A stretch of 64,000 nt of DNA, from assembly GCF_009914755.1 (NCBI RefSeq), contig NC_060926.1. The stretch is one strand, 5' to 3'. Position numbers and translations under genes: made by a program. How positions within the stretch are numbered: the stretch's first letter is position 1; each line of letters begins with the position of its first letter. Source of the DNA: the human T2T-CHM13v2.0 reference genome, Homo sapiens. The notes beneath the pieces were generated by a model. That model was not told the DNA's origin and made no database searches. It saw only the letters and a list, made by a program, of their open reading frames with translations. Of the stretch, positions 58,633 through 64,000 are shown one piece after another.

Positions 58633-59570
58633 ATGCAGGGACAAGGGGGCATCTTAGCTCAAGCTTACCATACTGGGAGGACAGGGCCATGAAGGCTGGA
58701 GTGAGGAACAGGGGAGGATGAGGGATAGGGACTCAGGGATGGGAAACTGGCATGGGGCTCTGCAAGCAGTGATAATGAAGAGACATCCTGGTCCTAGAGG
58801 GCAGAGAGGAAGCGTGGGAACTGAAGGCATTTTTCCCTTTGCTCTGCTGCTTGTCACTCACAACACCCTGCCTCACCAAACCCCAGCTCTGATCAGGGCT
58901 CCTGCAGGGATTCTGGAAAGAGGAAGAACACGCACGTTATGAGACTTTGATGGGTATTGTCCTGAAGCAACCAGGAAAATAAAAAGAAGTAAATTTTAGT
59001 GTGAAAGCAGCTCCTGGTCCTTTGGCTTGGAAACCACTTCTGCTTTCCCCTTCTGCTGTCCTGATCCTCACTGCTTCCCTGCAGACTCTGCAAACCTTGC
59101 ATACTGCTTCAGGCAAGAGGGTCTGTTCTGGTAATACAAGTGCCTTGGGGTTTGCATTCATGATAGTGTTTTCATGAATTTTCATCTAAAAACAAATAAT
59201 AGACCCCCTCAAGAATTGTTCCTAGGATTTCACACATATGACCTGAAACTTTAAAATCAACTTTTCACCTGCTGTTTTTATTTAGCAGAATCACATTTTA
59301 GGAAAGCTAATCATTTGCTATTTAAAAATCTGAAATAGAGATAAGGTTTTACAATAGGCTTCAGAGGGAATACTTGCTCAACTAAAGGAAAAGAGAAATG
59401 GCAGGAGTTCCACCAGGGATGATCTGGCTTCAGTGCAACCTCATCAGTGTGAGATATTCTTGCTGGTCATGGCTTGGCTAATATTCTCCCCAGCCCCTAC
59501 TCCTCTCCCCTCCACTTCTACCTCAGCTGAAACACCCAAGTTGAGGAAAACTTCACAGGGAGAATAACCC

Positions 59571-59764
59571 CTGTGTTGTGCTGCAGCCAGTTCATCCTGG
59601 GAGTCAGTTATGTATACCTCTCCCCAGTTCTGTGTTTAGTGACTTCATGTTGGTGGCTAGAAATCATCCGCATAGTATTTACATCATGGGTATAGGCAAG
59701 TGCTACAAATCAGGACTTTTCCTTGGGGATGGATGTTTGGAGCTAGTTTACCAGCACACCAGTG
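59571..59764 (+). mobile_element. MER63-type hAT-Blackjack MITE
   Basis: Degenerate TIRs ctgtgttgtgctg / cagcacaccagtg; internal gtatttacatc...tgctacaaatcagg. Confidence 0.75.
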
Positions 59765-59874
59765 GGTAAAAGTGAACAAATACTTTTTTGATCCCACAGA
59801 ATCTTAAAAAATACTTTACTTCGAAAATGTCTCTACTAAGTAATCATATATATATATATATATGTATATATATG

Positions 59875-60011
59875 ATTTTTTTTTTTTTTTGGTAGAGATG
59901 GGATCTCATAATGTTGCCTGGGCTGGTCTCAATCTCCTAGCCTCAAGTGATCCTCCCAACTTGGCCTCCCAAAATGTCAGTATGTTGGGATTAGGCGTGA
60001 GCCACTGGGCC
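59875..60011 (-). mobile_element. FLAM_C / Alu left monomer next to a (TA)n tract (59846-59873)
   Basis: Poly(T) then gtagagatgggatctc...cctcaagtgatcctccc. Confidence 0.8.
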
Positions 60012-60579
60012 AAAATGACCATATCTTTTGACTGGACAATATTATCCTATGTTCTATAAACCATATTAGTTTCAGAACTAAATGTAATGCTAAAATACGA
60101 TGACTGATTCTTTTTTTTTTCAGTCAAATGTATTATAAAACTTTTACGCAATATCATTTTCCCCCTTTGGGGAAAGTAGAGGGATATAAGCTACAAAAGA
60201 ATAAAAAAGTAGGTAGATTAACCAAATCCTGTTTTTTTTAAAAAATAAGTTACTTTGACAGAGTCTGCTGAAAAATATTGTTAAACTATTTGTAATAATA
60301 TTTCTGGTCTGGTTAGAAAATTTATTAGTTTATAGTACAATGCAAAGGGAAAAAATCCAACTTCTCTATTCAGGTTACAAATGTGATTTCACATTTGGGA
60401 GTTGTGAGAGAAACGAAAAGAAACCTTAACAACTTTCTTGCCAGATTGCTTTGAATCCCTAAATGCCTTATTTTGTAGCCAGCCATTGGAATTGAGCTAC
60501 TGTCTCCAGACAATCCCATTAAATATATATTGGTTCCCTAGAAAGGTAACAAAAAAAAGTTATTAAAAAAAGAGGAAAC

Positions 60580-60912
60580 AGCCCAGTGCAGTGGCTCATG
60601 GCTGTAATCCCAACACTTTGGGAGGCTGAGGCGGGCAGATCACTTGAGGTCAGGAGTTGGAGACCAGCCTGGCCAACATGGTGAAACCCTGTCTCTACTA
60701 AAATTATAAAAATTAGAGGGGCTTGGTGGTGCTTGGTGGTGCATGCCTGTAATCCCAGCTACTCAGGAGGGGAGGAAGGGAGAATTGCTTGAACTTAGGA
60801 GGTGGAGGTTGCAGTGAGCCGAGATCGTGCCACTGCATTCCAGCTTAGGCGACAGAGCGAGACTCAGTCTCAAAAATTAAATTAAATTAAATTAAATTAA
60901 ATTAAAAAATAA
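60580..60912 (+). mobile_element. AluS element with (AAATT)n tail and an internal 10-bp duplication
   Basis: Full dimer; gcttggtggt twice at 60721-60740. Confidence 0.92.
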
Positions 60913-63900
60913 GGAGGAAAAAATGATGAGATTAGCAGACAGGAATGGGAGATGAGGAAGTAGATTAGAAGACAAACATATTTTTTAGGTAGTTGGTGCT
61001 AGGAGAAGTCTTGAGCAAGTGTTTCATTGGATAATTAAAAGGCCTGTAATAGTGAACTTAAAATGACATAAGTCAATTTGGCAGGGAAAGGAAGGAGGAG
61101 GAGTTTTTGCTTATTATTTAGTCTCAGGTTGGACTGCCACCTAAACTGTTGGTTCCATTAAGTCAAGGAGACCCCATATCCTCTTCATTACTGTGCCTTG
61201 CAAGGTGCCTGGATGAAATGAAAGTGAAAGAATGGGAAACGCAGTACGAAAGGCAAATAACTGCAGCTGAAAAAAAAAAAAGGTTTCTTTGTTTCTTTGT
61301 TTTTATCTTGGTTTAGTAGTTTCAGGCAAATTCTGTATCTTCTAGTTGACCCATATATAGCACTGATTCTCACAAAGTTCGGAGATAGCATTAGATTTTA
61401 AACTTCATTTTCTTTGCACAACAATTTATTCATCCCCTTCTATAGAATATATGCTTCTAGAGAAGCAGGTGCATTGTCTCAAAGAAAAAGACGGCAGCAG
61501 AGTCTGGGCCAGATTTACCATAATGTGCGTCCTGGGAGATCTTGCTGCTGTCACATTTGCCTGGTTAACTATCCATAAGTCCATGTTAAATACTCAAAAA
61601 GAGAATTACAGTGAAGAAAAATGGATATTTTAAAAACAGTGGTATCTTTTTTTGGATCCAGAAAACAAAAAGTATTTTATTTGCCAGAGGTAATTTTATG
61701 TGTTAGTCAACAGGATTTGAAGGATCCTAAAATACCCATTACTACAGCTATAATAATGAGTAATAACAACTTTCTTCTCTTTATTTCTTAGATGTTTGGA
61801 AGTCCTATATGCATATCCCATATGGATATTTCAGTCTATATAGGTATATCCCTGTCTTCCCTTTTGATACATACCAGTTAAAAAACTGAACAGAAAGTTT
61901 CAAGCAAATTGGTTAAACTCTAATGGATTCCTCTGGCAACTTTGATGAAAAGGTTTATGCCTATGACAGAAAAGTCCCATCAGTGGGCAAACTTTCTAGA
62001 CATAAAAATTCAATGTAATCTACAGCAGGTAAATTTTATGTCAATTGAACATCAGGATTGGAATTTCTGGTAGGTGTCTAGTGATCATAGTACAAACTAT
62101 AGTTTTATTTATAAGGGAACTGGATGTAGGCGACTTCTTTCAGTCTTCTTATCACAATCTTTCTAAGAAGACCCTTCTTTTCAGTCATGAAGAAGCTTTG
62201 TGCTGTTGATTATTAGGAGTATTTTCTCAAACAAACTTTCCAGTCTAAAATGTCAAGCCACAGATGAATATTGAGAAGGCTTGTCCAAAGTGTTCAATCA
62301 GTGATTTTGAGTTTATGGAAGTCACTGGTATGATGACACAGCTTTATAGCTGAGTTTCTCACTGTGTTCATAAAATAAACAATTTAAAAAGTAAATCAAT
62401 GCTTTGCATCAACAATAGAAAGATAAGTTCCCCTGCTCATATTCCGAAAGTTTCCTAGGTTTCAAGCTGGGAGTTCCTTGAAAAAGCCCAGGGCGCCAAC
62501 AGCATGATGTGATCCGCTCCCATTTTTAGATGAGTCACTAGGACAGTTTTACTCAAAGAGGCAGGGGTTTGTGGAAAGAGGAGTGGACCTCTATAAATGG
62601 CATAATTTGAATGTGCATTTTGAAAATGCCACATGAGCAAACTTGCCCACCTGCCAGTCCAGAGAAGTACTGCTAAAATCACCTCTGAAAGAACCACATG
62701 ATCTCAAATATTTAAAGAATAACTTCCAATGTCTCTCAATGCACCTTTTGTTATTTTATGTTAGTGCATTTATCCATTGGATTTTTCAGTTAATATAAAC
62801 ATTTTTATCATATTTTCATTAGATGAGCTAAAATGGATGTACTCTTAAATTTCACTGCGAGGTTGAAGTCATATTCAGTCACAACACCCTGAGTGCTGGA
62901 CAAGACATCTTTACTTTTTTTTTTTTTTTTTAACACCACGAGCTCTAAATCCTTCCAAGATACAAACCATTAAAAGCACCTTTATAATCAACGTATGTCA
63001 GAGATCTAACATCATATTAACTTCTAGCACATGCAGGTAGCTAATTATTATTTTATTTCTAGTCTTTACAAGTACATGGTCAGTTAAATAGAAACCACAT
63101 AAAGAGTATTACAAGTGGTACAGTGGAAAGAAATTTTAAAAAGAGGGAGGAAAAACTAAACCATGAGACCAATATACAGGGTTCTTCTCTTTCTATGACA
63201 TATGTGCTCTCATTAGGGCATTGACAAAAGAAAATATATTTTTCAGAACTTTTGTACCCCTGATGCTAATGTACACAAGAGAAGCCATCAAAAGCCTACT
63301 GCTGACAAGTCAGACTATTGATCCATCCTGTCTCTCATGATTTCCCCTGCCTCATAATTTGATGGCCTTTTGGAGGCGTGGACAATGAAACTGCCAAACA
63401 AACAGGGACTCTCACATAGAGCTTTGGGCTTTGTCTCCAGTGTCTAAGCTAGATTTTTGGGTTATGCTGCTGTGGAACAGCTGCTTCCAGAGTCACCCCT
63501 CTAGAGACATACTTGGTCACCTGCCAGGATTTACATGATTATCCATCATGGGGACAAATCTATCCCAGGAAGGCTCATTTCAGAATATAATACAGTGTGG
63601 ATTGAAGACCTAATGGAGAGAAGTGCACCCACAGGAGTGACTGTGATCTATTAAATCAGTAAGACCTTGGAAGCCTTCTGTCAACTGACTTCAGAAAATA
63701 ATGGTTCCCCTCTCAACACACCACTGTACTTTTTTATTTGTCTTTTGTTAAGTCATCCTGAGGAAAAGGCTGCTGGACTGGGAGATTTAAGACTTTGAAT
63801 AGTGCTAACAGAATAGAAAAGGAAAGTTAAATTACGCTGCCTATTCTCTTACCAAACTCTGTAATAACAACATCTATTCCTTCATCTAGTGAACTGTCAG

Positions 63901-64000
63901 GTAGGGCATAGAGAATACGCATTTGGAAATTGATCTCAACTGCCTTTGAGAAACCATAGATCATGGGAAAAGAGGACCTGTGTGCCTTTCCATCTTAACT

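Noticed and set aside
58937-59200. Minus-strand acceptor (tttttag) followed by an 82-aa ORF as a coding exon
   Set aside because: No recognisable homology and only weak donors; cannot be supported without transcript data.

Overview
AT-rich, CpG-depleted primate DNA (hominoid, human-like), most consistent with a long intron or gene desert. I found no host protein-coding exon, RNA gene or CpG-island promoter that I can support. The long ORFs are broken LINE-1 reading frames; most short ORFs are Alu, L1 or microsatellite artefacts. Main content: a full-length but inactivated L1PA3/L1PA2-type element (minus strand, ~3634-9661), a 5'-truncated L1PA4/5-type copy (+, 34353-35871), older L1 3' ends, about 15 Alu/FLAM/FRAM elements, MaLR solo LTRs, MER63/MER5 DNA-transposon fossils, MIR/L2 remnants and long TA-rich tracts. 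Most notable structures: (1) a ~346-bp, ~98%-identical templated duplication (36272-36617 copied to 40246-40592) with stuttered junction scars; (2) two Alu insertions at the same L1-endonuclease nick, leaving a triple target-site duplication (43949-44419); (3) a probable very old non-LTR reverse-transcriptase fossil (50040-50782, minus strand); (4) tail-only or near-tail-only retrotransposition scars and fold-back micro-insertions; (5) several repeat-free blocks rich in homeobox/POU/TCF motifs that resemble developmental enhancers. I cannot support a new multi-gene biological system here. Subfamily calls come from recalled consensus sequences and need RepeatMasker confirmation.
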